Assembly (NCBI GenBank): GCA_965248355.1
Contig: OZ252098.1
Location: 2,912,001 to 2,976,000, forward strand
Direction of reading: 5' to 3'
DNA: 64,000 bases
Source of the DNA: Candidatus Latescibacterota bacterium
GTDB lineage: Bacteria > Latescibacterota > UBA2968 > UBA8231
Shown here: in pieces, positions 36,062 to 45,049 of the stretch
How positions within the stretch are numbered: position 1 is the stretch's first letter
How the letters are laid out: every line of letters starts with the position of its first letter
Notes under the pieces: model-generated
What the model was told of the DNA's origin: nothing
What the model saw: only the letters and a program-made list of their open reading frames with translations
The model's database searches: none
Made by a program: the position numbers and the translations under genes

Positions 36062-37281
36062 GTCCGCGTCTCAGGCGCCGTTGCCGAGTTGCCAGGGCCG
36101 CCGTGGTGCAGGGCCTCCGGTATCAGCTCCGCGGCAACCTGCCGCGCACCGCCCTCGCCTGTTTCGGGATCACCGTGGGCGCGGCGGGGCTTGTTGCGGT
36201 GCTGTCCGTGGGCGGCGGGCTCAGACGCCTGCTGATCTCGGACGCCCGGCAGGCGGGGGGCCATCTGAGCGTGATCATCGCGCCGCCGCCGGGCCCGGAG
36301 AGACGCGCCCCCCTGACTCTGGCGGATATCGATCGCATCGGACGGATTCCCGGCGTGGAAGCCGTGGTCCCCGAGACCAGCGCCCCGGGGCGGATAGGGG
36401 CCGGAGGGCGGCAGGTTCCGGCGCAGGTGCGGGGGGTCACACCGGAGTTCCTGTCCCGCCGCGACTGGGGGCTGGACAGGGGCCGGGGGATCGTCACCGA
36501 GGATGTGTACTCGTCGCGGCGAGTCTGCGTCCTCGGCCACTCCGTCGCCTCCCGGCTGTTCCCCGACGCGCAGAGGACGGACGGCGCCGTATCCATCGAT
36601 GGCCTGCGGTTCTCCGTGGCCGGGGTGCTGGAGCCACGCTCCCCTCGGGATCCGGGCGGCAACGACGTGGTGCTCGTCCCCATCACGACCTCCCTCGAGG
36701 CGCTCCGGATCCGGGAAGTCGGCAGGGCGACCGTTCAGGCCGCCCACGTGGAGGAGGTCCCCGCCATCGTCGAACGAATCAAGACGTGGCTGGCGCGGGA
36801 GCACCGATACGGCGAGGACTTCCGGGTCCGTTCGGCCGTCGCCGACGCCCAGGGCGCCGTCCGGGCCCTCCGGGGGATCGAGGTGTCGCTGGGGGCGTTG
36901 GCGGCGATCTGCCTCGGCCTCGGGGGCCTGGGCATCCTGAACGTCATGCTGGCCTCTCTCGATGAGCGCGTCTACGAGATGGGTCTGCGCTCGGCCATCG
37001 GGGCTCCCGGCCACGCCCTCCTGCTGCAGCTCCTGGCCGAGTCACTCGCCATGAACCTGGCGGGCTTCCTCCCGGGGATCGCCCTGGGCGCCGGGGTCTC
37101 GTCCTGCGTGGAGTGGTCCGTCTCCCTCTTCCTGCCCGGGGCTGACTTCCGCGCAGCCGTAACGGGCGAGGCCTTGCTGGCGGCCGGGCTGGCCTCGGGC
37201 GGGGTCGGCCTGCTGTCGGGGGTCTTCCCGGCTCTGCGCGCGGCGCGCATGAGCCCGGTGCAGGCCCTGAAGGAGACCTGA
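36058..37281 (+). CDS. MacB/FtsX-family ABC permease
   Basis: GGLGILNVMLASLDERVYEMGLRSAIGA; PALRAARMSPVQALK. Confidence 0.88.
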   Translation: MSPRLRRRCRVARAAVVQGLRYQLRGNLPRTALACFGITVGAAGLVAVLSVGGGLRRLLISDARQAGGHLSVIIAPPPGPERRAPLTLADIDRIGRIPGVEAVVPETSAPGRIGAGGRQVPAQVRGVTPEFLSRRDWGLDRGRGIVTEDVYSSRRVCVLGHSVASRLFPDAQRTDGAVSIDGLRFSVAGVLEPRSPRDPGGNDVVLVPITTSLEALRIREVGRATVQAAHVEEVPAIVERIKTWLAREHRYGEDFRVRSAVADAQGAVRALRGIEVSLGALAAICLGLGGLGILNVMLASLDERVYEMGLRSAIGAPGHALLLQLLAESLAMNLAGFLPGIALGAGVSSCVEWSVSLFLPGADFRAAVTGEALLAAGLASGGVGLLSGVFPALRAARMSPVQALKET

Positions 37282-37287
37282 GAGGGA

Positions 37288-38511
37288 ATGCGGAGTCTGC
37301 ACGCGGCGCCCATGGCCCTGGCGGCGATACGGCGGTTCCGCCTGAGGGCCGTCGTCGCGGTCGTCTCGGTGGCCATCGGAGTCGCAGCCATGGTGGCGAT
37401 CCAATCCTTCGGCGCCGCCATCCAGCGGCTGGTGATGGGCGAGCTCGGCAGGCTCGGGCTCGAAGGGCTGGTCCTGGTGCACCCCCGTCCGGCGCTGGCC
37501 CTGCAGGGGCCGGGGCCGATGCTGACCCTGCAGCAGGTGCGGGAGCTCGAACGCGGCGTGCCCGATCTCGACTACGTCGTGCCCATCTTGCATTTGGATC
37601 TCGAGATCCGGTCCGGAGGCCGCGGGACGTATGCCCGGGCCACGGGCACGGCACCCGACTACCGCCGGCTTCTCGGAGACAAGATGGCGGCGGGCCGGTT
37701 TCTCGACGAGACCGACGATCTGACTCGCCGCAGGGTCTGTGTCCTCGGCGCCGACCTGGCCAAGCGACTCCTGCGAGGCGGCCATCCCGTTGGACGGAAG
37801 GTCCTCCTGGCCGGCACCACCTACACGGTCGTGGGAGTGCTCGAGGGAAGGCGGTTGATGGATTCCGCCTGGGGCGACGAGCGGCTCATCATCCCCATCC
37901 GCACGCTGCAGAGCTTTCACGGGGGGCCGCCCGGGATCCACGCCATCCACGCATCCCTGGCGGCCGGTGCCGACGCTTCGAGAGCTCTGGCCGCGGTTCG
38001 TCGAGGGCTGGCCCGCGGCGGCGGCGGCCAGGACCTCGATCATTACGAGGTCATGAGCGGCCGGGAGGTGCTTCAGGACATCAACCAGGCCCTGATCGTG
38101 GCGCGCCTCGTGACGACGGCCATCGCCGGGATGGCCCTGCTCGTCGGGGCCGTGGGCGTCCTCAATACCATGCTCATCTCGGTGGAGCAGCGTGTCTGCG
38201 AGATCGGCCTTCGCAAGGCCCTTGGCGCCCGGCCGATGGCCCTCGTGAGCCAGTTTCTCACCGAGGCCGTGGTCCTGAGCTGCTGCGGGGGAGTACTGGG
38301 CCTGGCGCTGGGATGGGGGCTCGCCAGGGGCGGGGAGGCGGTGCTCTCCGGATGGCTCGGAACCTCCATGGCAGGGTCCACCGACTGGGGGACCGCGGGG
38401 CTCGCCCTCGCCGTCTCCCTGACCGTGGGCATCTGCTCCGGCGTCGTCCCCGCGGTTCAGGCCGCGGAACTCCCTCCCGCGGAGGCCATGAGGAATGCTG
38501 GTCGAGCTTGA
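37288..38511 (+). CDS. MacB/FtsX-family ABC permease
   Basis: GVLNTMLISVEQRVCEIGLRKALGA. Confidence 0.88.
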   Translation: MRSLHAAPMALAAIRRFRLRAVVAVVSVAIGVAAMVAIQSFGAAIQRLVMGELGRLGLEGLVLVHPRPALALQGPGPMLTLQQVRELERGVPDLDYVVPILHLDLEIRSGGRGTYARATGTAPDYRRLLGDKMAAGRFLDETDDLTRRRVCVLGADLAKRLLRGGHPVGRKVLLAGTTYTVVGVLEGRRLMDSAWGDERLIIPIRTLQSFHGGPPGIHAIHASLAAGADASRALAAVRRGLARGGGGQDLDHYEVMSGREVLQDINQALIVARLVTTAIAGMALLVGAVGVLNTMLISVEQRVCEIGLRKALGARPMALVSQFLTEAVVLSCCGGVLGLALGWGLARGGEAVLSGWLGTSMAGSTDWGTAGLALAVSLTVGICSGVVPAVQAAELPPAEAMRNAGRA

Positions 38512-39208
38512 ATCCGCCTGCAAGGTCTACCGGAAGGGGCCGGAGCGGGTGCGCGCCCTGTGGGATGTCGACGCCGCCTTCGGCCCCGGAGAGTTCGTGG
38601 CCCTCATGGGTCCCTCCGGCTCCGGGAAGACGACGATGCTCAACATCATCGGCTGTCTCGACTACCTGACGGCGGGGAGGTATCTGCTGCAGGGAGAGGA
38701 TGTAACCGGCTTGAATCCCATCCGCCTCGCCGAGGTCCGAAGCCGGAAGATCGGGTTCGTCTTCCAGAGCTTTCACCTGCTGCCGAGGGCGACGGCCGCG
38801 GAGAACGTCGAGCTCCCCCGGATCTACGCGGGATCAAGCCGGCGCCAGCGCAGAGAGTGCGCCCACGCGGCCCTCGAACGAGTCGGACTGGCGGATCGCC
38901 GCGACTTCCGGCCGGAAGAGCTGTCCGGGGGCCAGCGGCAGCGAGTGGCCATCGCCAGGGCCCTGGTGAATGAACCCTCTCTCATTCTGGCCGATGAGCC
39001 GACCGGCAGCCTGGACCCCCAGGCCGCCGGAGGGGTCATGGACCTCTTCACGAGACTGAACGACGAAGGCATCGCCATCGTCCTGGTCACCCACCAGGAA
39101 GACGTGGCACGGCACGCCAGGCGGAAGATCCGCCTGGCCGATGGGCGGGTGATCCCCGCACCCGACGGACCGGCGTGTCCCGCGCAAACACGAGAGACCC
39201 ACAGATGA
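38495..39208 (+). CDS. MacB/LolD-type ABC ATP-binding protein
   Basis: GPSGSGKTT, LSGGQRQR, ADEPTG, VTH. Confidence 0.92.
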   Translation: MLVELESACKVYRKGPERVRALWDVDAAFGPGEFVALMGPSGSGKTTMLNIIGCLDYLTAGRYLLQGEDVTGLNPIRLAEVRSRKIGFVFQSFHLLPRATAAENVELPRIYAGSSRRQRRECAHAALERVGLADRRDFRPEELSGGQRQRVAIARALVNEPSLILADEPTGSLDPQAAGGVMDLFTRLNDEGIAIVLVTHQEDVARHARRKIRLADGRVIPAPDGPACPAQTRETHR

Positions 39209-39471
39209 CGAAAGCGGAGATCACCGGCAGGGTCCGGGAGGCCGTGGTGAAGGCCCTTGAGCTGCCCATCGGGCCCGAGGAACTCCCCGAGAGCGAGCCC
39301 CTCTTCGGCGCCGACGGCGAAGTCGATTCGATCCTGTCGATCAAGCTGGTCGTCGAGCTGGAGGAAGCCTTCGGAATCGACGTCGACGATGACGATCTGA
39401 CGGAGGAACTCTTCGGGACGGTCGCGGCCCTGGCGGCGTACGTGGAAACCAAACTGGCTGGCCGGGGGTGA
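39205..39471 (+). CDS. Acyl carrier protein
   Basis: Acidic 88 aa; VDSILSIKLVVELEEAFGIDV with the phosphopantetheine Ser. Confidence 0.88.
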   Translation: MTKAEITGRVREAVVKALELPIGPEELPESEPLFGADGEVDSILSIKLVVELEEAFGIDVDDDDLTEELFGTVAALAAYVETKLAGRG

Positions 39472-39641
39472 ACCGGCGCGCACTCTGGAGGCACAATGAA
39501 GTCTTGGTTGCAGAACATCGCCGCCGGCAACGGGCGGCGCTGCCGAGGTGGCCAAAAGACGGCGACCTCCGCGAGAGCCGCCGCCTGACCCACCTAAGCA
39601 CGAGTGATGTAGACACTTACCATCACTACACACTTACAATC

Positions 39642-40187
39642 CTACACAAGGAACGAAGAAGGGGGGACATACCCCAACTGACGATGATCTTCCGCCTTCG
39701 CCCCATCTTGAAGCCATTGTATAGGCTCTTCACACTTCTTCGTCGGATTCACCCATACGATGCCACACAACTCCACAACACTTCCTGAGGCCCTCCTGAA
39801 CAAGACACGAGCTCCCTCATCCCTCGAAACTATCCGATGATCTGCCCCGAGTGCAGCTTCAATAAGGTGCGCATCTTTGTAGGCCCTATCCATCTCGCCT
39901 GGGCTGACAGCCGCATCGATACGACTCCGTAGGTCCGCATCTTCAGGGATCTTCATGTACGCTACTAGCTTCTTGCCCCGCATCAACGAGAGCCAACTCG
40001 CCGCGTAGTTTGATTTGTGTCGACGCCACTCTGAGTAAATTGCTCGGGTCATCACGACGCGAAATTCCGCCTCCATCACCCGGAGCAAGAAGGACCCGCA
40101 CGCTCCTGAAACCAAACCAGAGGTGGCGCTCGCTGACCTGACTACATCAGCATCTATTACCAATCTGTAAGGGTAGTGCTTCGCCAC
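39642..40187 (-). CDS. PIN-like domain protein
   Basis: LVIDADV...E...KDAHLIEAAL..IVSRD acidic pattern; low GC. Confidence 0.6.
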   Translation of the reverse strand: MAKHYPYRLVIDADVVRSASATSGLVSGACGSFLLRVMEAEFRVVMTRAIYSEWRRHKSNYAASWLSLMRGKKLVAYMKIPEDADLRSRIDAAVSPGEMDRAYKDAHLIEAALGADHRIVSRDEGARVLFRRASGSVVELCGIVWVNPTKKCEEPIQWLQDGAKAEDHRQLGYVPPSSFLV

Positions 40188-40192
40188 TACCC

Positions 40193-41515
40193 TTACAGTT
40201 CTTTATCCATAGTATCTAGGTAAGCACCATGCGCTTCCAACTCAACCTTTCCAAAATCAATAGGCCACTCGCCAAACGCGCCGCTCTCATCCAGGTCCGC
40301 ACTGTCTATGCTGGTCACACCTTCACGATCTCTCGAGAACCAGTGTAACCTAACCAACTTAGGATCAATATAACCCTTAGCTACTAGGGTCTGGATCTGA
40401 ATCAACAACAGCGAGCTGTGCGTCTCTATAACCAGTCGTTTCCCTCGTTTCGCCGCATCTACAAGGATCTTCGCCAAAGCATGCTGCGCGCCAGGATGAA
40501 GATGCAGCTCCGGTTGCTCTATATACACAAGCTGTCCAGGCTCACTAGCCAGGAGCGCCACAAGCACAGGGAGCACCTGCGAAACTCCAAATCCAACATC
40601 AGCTATGTCTACCAGGTCAGACTGAGGTTGTTTTTCTTCCAATGTGCGACCAACCCGCAACTCAGCCTGAGCATCACTGATACCTCTAGCAGAAACCTCA
40701 GAGGTCAATCCCAATTCCGAGAACATAGATCCCAGTTGCTGAATCTCGCCCTTCCCTCCTTCCTGCCAAGAGGAGACTAGGGAGGGTATGTACTTCTCAA
40801 AAGTGTCAGAAAACTCAGGCCCGAAAACTGCCGCGAACTTCCTGTAGGTCCGCTCCGGACTTCCCCGCAATCCCGGAACATGAATCACTCGTTGAATGTC
40901 ATTCCTAACACAAAGAATAGACGGCGACGGAAGATTAACGGAGTCATAGTCCTTTAGAGCAATCTCCAAGAAGATGCGTTTCCTAACAACCTGCAATTGT
41001 CGATTCTTGTAGATCCTTCTGAACTCCTCCGGCACGAGTTTTCTTGCCGCTTCCTTCAACTCCGCCGATCTCATCCCCGGAGTTATGTGGTAGCGGTAGG
41101 GTGCTTCAGTTCTCGATGTGGGAGTAGTTGAACACTCGAGCCGCCTTACTTCTGGAGGTCGGCCTTGAGAAGCGCCGAAACTGAACTTAACGGAGTGACG
41201 GCCGAGGTAATCTCGACTTTCAATTGCAACGCTCAGAGCCTTGGTCGCGCGAGCCTTTCGAGATCGCGAAATGAATTGATCAGCTGATGTGAACCTGACA
41301 TTCGGACCGTCTAACATCAAGGGACCGGGATCGTAGGTGGAGTCAAGAGTCTGCTTCATTAGCAGCAGAGGTTGCATAATGCTTGACTTTCCAGAGCTAT
41401 TTGCACCTGCCAGTATTGTTAACGGACGTATCTCGATTCTCCGTTGATTTGCAATAGACTTAAACCCCTGAACGGAAATGGCGCTGATTCCGTAATGCTG
41501 CTTTGACTGAGCCAT
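40193..41515 (-). CDS. AAA_15/AAA_21-type ATPase (DUF3696-like C-terminus)
   Basis: GFKSI, GANSSGKSS, DVGFGVSQVLP, IEQPELHLHP, IETHS, GEWPIDF. Confidence 0.85.
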   Translation of the reverse strand: MAQSKQHYGISAISVQGFKSIANQRRIEIRPLTILAGANSSGKSSIMQPLLLMKQTLDSTYDPGPLMLDGPNVRFTSADQFISRSRKARATKALSVAIESRDYLGRHSVKFSFGASQGRPPEVRRLECSTTPTSRTEAPYRYHITPGMRSAELKEAARKLVPEEFRRIYKNRQLQVVRKRIFLEIALKDYDSVNLPSPSILCVRNDIQRVIHVPGLRGSPERTYRKFAAVFGPEFSDTFEKYIPSLVSSWQEGGKGEIQQLGSMFSELGLTSEVSARGISDAQAELRVGRTLEEKQPQSDLVDIADVGFGVSQVLPVLVALLASEPGQLVYIEQPELHLHPGAQHALAKILVDAAKRGKRLVIETHSSLLLIQIQTLVAKGYIDPKLVRLHWFSRDREGVTSIDSADLDESGAFGEWPIDFGKVELEAHGAYLDTMDKEL

Positions 41516-41741
41516 GGGACAAGACTCCGCTTGCTCGTGACGTTGCTTTGCCAGATGGGCACCACTTATGGTGCTTCCGCCTGCTGACTTACCCAATCCA
41601 GATGATTCTCGCTTGATTCTCGCTTCATACCCAACACAAGTCAAGTCCGAATCGAATTGCGATCGGTAGTGTACCCCAAATCCTGGACAGGTGGCTAAGC
41701 GAGACTTTGCGTCCACCGACCCACTGTCCGGAGGGGCTTGG

Positions 41742-42035
41742 ATGACGAGGAAACGCAAGACGCATTCGGCGCAGTTCAAGGCCAAGGTGGCCTTGGAGGC
41801 TCTGCGCGAACGGCAGACAGTCAACGAGCTGGCCCACAAGTTCTCCGTCCACCCCAGCCAGATCCACGGCTGGAAGAAGCAGTTGCTGGAGCGGCTGCCC
41901 GAGGTCTTCCGGGGCCCCGGGACCCGCCGGGCCGACGACGAGGCCGCCTTGGTGCCCGAGCTCTACCAGCAGATCGGGCGGCTGCAGATGGAACTGGAGT
42001 GGCTTCAAAAAAAACACGAGGCTCTCGGTGGCTGA
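41742..42035 (+). CDS. IS3 transposase OrfA (HTH)
   Basis: [17 protein letters not shown]...[18 protein letters not shown]. Confidence 0.9.
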   Translation: MTRKRKTHSAQFKAKVALEALRERQTVNELAHKFSVHPSQIHGWKKQLLERLPEVFRGPGTRRADDEAALVPELYQQIGRLQMELEWLQKKHEALGG

Positions 42036-42855
42036 GCGCCGCGCCCTCATCGAGCCGCACCCCGGCCCGCTGAGCGTGCATCGGCAGTGCCAACTGCTCG
42101 GGCTGGCCCGCTCCAGTTTCTACTACCGCCCGGAGGCGCCGGATCGGCTCACCCTCGACCTGATGAACGCCATCGACCGGATCTACACCGAGCACCCGGT
42201 CTACGGCGTGCGCCGGATCTGCGCGGCCCTGAGGCGGGACGGCTACCCGGTCAATCCCAAGCGCGTGCACCGCCTGATGAAGGCCCTGGGCCTGCAGGCG
42301 ATCTATCCCCGGCCGCGACCGACCACCCCCAACCCTCAGCACCGGGTCTATCCGTATCTGCTGCGAGGGGTGACCGTGAACCGGCCGGACCAGGTGTGGT
42401 GCAGCGACATCACCCATCTGCCGATGCCCTCCGGCTTCGTCTACCTGGTGGCGGTCATGGACTGGTTCAGCCGCTACGTGCTGGCCTGGCGGGTCTCCAA
42501 CACCCTCGACGCGGCCTTCTGCCTGGAGGCCCTGGAGGAAGCCCTGAGCCAGGGGCGGCCGGAGATCTTCAACACCGACCAGGGGGCCCAGTTCACCAGC
42601 ACCGCCTTCACCGGGCGGGTCGAGGCGGCCGGGGCCCGGGTGAGCATGGACGGCCGCGGCCGGGTGCTGGACAACATCTTCATCGAGCGGCTGTGGCGCT
42701 CCCTGAAGTACGAGGACATCTACCTGAAGGCCTACGACAGCGTCCCCGAGTTGATCGAGGGCGTGGCGGCCTACTTCCGCTTCTACAACCTCGAGCGGCC
42801 GCACCAGGCCTTCGACTACGAGACCCCCAGCGATGTCTACCACCGGGCGGCCTGA
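42028..42855 (+). CDS. IS3 transposase OrfB (DDE integrase core)
   Basis: [29 protein letters not shown]. Confidence 0.92.
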   Translation: MAERRALIEPHPGPLSVHRQCQLLGLARSSFYYRPEAPDRLTLDLMNAIDRIYTEHPVYGVRRICAALRRDGYPVNPKRVHRLMKALGLQAIYPRPRPTTPNPQHRVYPYLLRGVTVNRPDQVWCSDITHLPMPSGFVYLVAVMDWFSRYVLAWRVSNTLDAAFCLEALEEALSQGRPEIFNTDQGAQFTSTAFTGRVEAAGARVSMDGRGRVLDNIFIERLWRSLKYEDIYLKAYDSVPELIEGVAAYFRFYNLERPHQAFDYETPSDVYHRAA

Positions 42856-43153
42856 GCGCGGGGGCTCCTCACGGCCTCGGTGGCCCGGCCTGGGTGCAAG
42901 TCCGGGAGGCGGGGCTTCGGTCCCAGCGCCGGGGCGCAGTACGGCTCCATTACATCTCGAGACTCTCGCTTGTACAAGCCCAATTCCTGTCCAGTTGACG
43001 GGGTACACTTCCATCTTGGGCAGAACCCCCGTCTCTGTTCTGAGGAATTCCGGCTTTACGGGCTAGCGGTCGCATATTGCGATCGAAGGGCAACGCGAGC
43101 ATAAGCCGGATTCCTAAGCTGTCTGGGGAATTGAGACGAAATGACCGCAGGAG

Positions 43154-45049
43154 TTATCTCAATCTGCGTTCAGGCCTCACCTCCCCCCGCACCACCCCGC
43201 CCACCCCCACCACATACCCCCCCGCCTTCAGCCCCCCCAGCTCCTCCACCGCCCCGTTATCTCCGCCCACCTCCCCCCGCACCACCCCGCCCACCCCCAC
43301 CACATACCCCCCCGCCTTCAGCCCCCCCAGCTCCTCCACCGCCCCGTCCGCCCAGCGCACCGTCACCTCCTCGGCCGCCTCCGCCTCCCCCAGCCCGAAG
43401 GTCAGCTCCCGCGCCCCCTGGCTCAGGTACGACGATCCCGTGCGCACCCGCAGCGACTGGATCCGCCCGCCGGCCCGCACCGTCACCAGCGCGCCCAGGG
43501 CGTCGGTCCCCGGGGATCTCCCCCGCAGGCGCAGGACCAGGGCCCGGCCGCCCTCCAGGTCGTTGCGCAGCAGCCGGGGGGTCCCTCCGTTGGTGGTGAT
43601 CAGCACGTCCGGGTCGCCGTCCCCCTCCACGTCGCCCACGGCCAGGCCGCGGCCCACGAGGGGCTCGACCAGCGCCGGCCCGGCCCAGGCACTCGCGTCG
43701 AGCAGCAGGCCCCGGCCGTCGTTCCAGAACAGCTGCGGCGGCTGGGCGTAGGCGATCTCCCGCTGCACGGCGTTGATCTCGGGCTCGATGTGGCCGTTGG
43801 CCAGGATCAGGTCCTGGCGGCCGTCCAGGTCGTAGTCGAAGAACCGCAGGCCAAAGGTCAGGGTCGGCAGGGTGGGCTGCACAAGCCGGCTCTTGCCGGC
43901 CCCGTCGAGGAAGACGGTGCCGCCCGCCGCCGTCTGCCGGTAGAGGGACAGGGACTCGCGGCTGAAGTTGCCGATGCCGATGGCCAGCACGCCGTCGCCG
44001 GCCAGGTCGGCCACGTCCACGCCCATGCCGGCCCGGGCCCGGCCCGACTCGTCGTAGCCGATGCCGGCCGCCGTGCCCACCTCCTCGAAGCGGCCGCCGA
44101 GGTTACGCAGCAGGAAGTTGGGCTGCGTGTCGTTGGTGATCACCAGGTCGACGCGGCCGTCGGCGTCGAAGTCGGCGGCGGCCACGCCCATCGACTTGGC
44201 GTGGGGCAGCAGCAGTCCGGCCTCCTCGGTAATGTCCAAGAAGGCGCCGTCGCCGCGGTTGCGGTAGAGGCGCGGCGTCGAGCCCGTGTACTGCTGCGGC
44301 GTGGCGTACGACTTGTTCTTGCCGTCGAAGCTGGCGTAGAGGTCGTTGGCCGGCGACCACTGCACGTAGTTGGTCACCAGCAGGTCGGGCCGCCCGTCGC
44401 CGTCGACGTCGGCCCAGGCCGCGCCCGTGGACCACTCCGGGTGCCGGCCGCCGTCCTCGCCGGTCCAGGTCTCCCCCGCCACCCCGGCCGGCCCCGCCAC
44501 GTCGGCGAACCCGAGGGGCCGGTCCTGGCGCAGCAGCAGGTTGTCGCCCAGGGTCGTCAGGTAGAGGTCGGCGTCGCCGTCGGCGTCGTAGTCGGCGGCG
44601 GTCACGCCCATGCCGTAGACGCTCACGTCAACGCCCGAGCCGGCGGTGACGTCGGTGAAGGACCCGGCGCCGTCGTTGGCGAACAGGGCCGACGTGGGCG
44701 CCGATCCCTCCCCCTCGTGGCCCGGCCACCAGGCGCCGTTGACCAGCAGGGCGTCGTCGTCGCCGTCGCCGTCGAGGTCGTGGAGGGCGCAGCCGGAGCC
44801 CATGGTCTCGGGCATCCACTTGTCGCCGAAGGCGCCGGTCTCGTGGCGGAAGCTCAGGCCCGCCGCCGCCGCGGTCTCGGTGAAGGTCACCGCCGGCGGC
44901 GCCGGTGCGTCCCCGGCGCGGGCGTAGTCGGGGGCCGGGCGCGAGTACGCCGGCGGCTCCGGGGCGACCTCGGGGGCCTCCTCGCCGCACGCGGCCAGCA
45001 GCAGCGCCGCCGCCGGGGCCAGCCGCCGCAGGCGGCGTCCGCGGGCCAT
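43154..45049 (-). CDS. CRTAC1/ASPIC-UnbV family lipoprotein with FG-GAP repeats
   Basis: LLAAC lipobox, repeated DxDxDGxxD, GSSYLSQ...FGLG ASPIC motif; TGATG overlap with upstream gene. Confidence 0.88.
   Translation of the reverse strand: MARGRRLRRLAPAAALLLAACGEEAPEVAPEPPAYSRPAPDYARAGDAPAPPAVTFTETAAAAGLSFRHETGAFGDKWMPETMGSGCALHDLDGDGDDDALLVNGAWWPGHEGEGSAPTSALFANDGAGSFTDVTAGSGVDVSVYGMGVTAADYDADGDADLYLTTLGDNLLLRQDRPLGFADVAGPAGVAGETWTGEDGGRHPEWSTGAAWADVDGDGRPDLLVTNYVQWSPANDLYASFDGKNKSYATPQQYTGSTPRLYRNRGDGAFLDITEEAGLLLPHAKSMGVAAADFDADGRVDLVITNDTQPNFLLRNLGGRFEEVGTAAGIGYDESGRARAGMGVDVADLAGDGVLAIGIGNFSRESLSLYRQTAAGGTVFLDGAGKSRLVQPTLPTLTFGLRFFDYDLDGRQDLILANGHIEPEINAVQREIAYAQPPQLFWNDGRGLLLDASAWAGPALVEPLVGRGLAVGDVEGDGDPDVLITTNGGTPRLLRNDLEGGRALVLRLRGRSPGTDALGALVTVRAGGRIQSLRVRTGSSYLSQGARELTFGLGEAEAAEEVTVRWADGAVEELGGLKAGGYVVGVGGVVRGEVGGDNGAVEELGGLKAGGYVVGVGGVVRGEVRPERRLR
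43178..43347. repeat. Tandem direct repeat (80 nt, period 90) in the CRTAC1 3' end
   Basis: 43178-43257 equals 43268-43347; duplicates GAVEELGGLKAGGYVVGVGGVVRGEV. Confidence 0.9.

Larger units (their letters stand above)
41664..43013 (+). mobile_element. IS3-family insertion sequence
   Basis: Terminal IRs (AGTGTACCCC..N..CTGGACAGG / CCTGTCCAG..N..GGGGTACACT), OrfA+OrfB, A8 run at 42007-42014 as -1 frameshift site; exact ends +/- a few nt. Confidence 0.92.

Noticed and set aside
39468..39788. 106-aa ORF after the ACP as a further cluster gene
   Set aside because: No recognisable motif, and it runs antisense into the PIN-like gene; at most a truncated stub.
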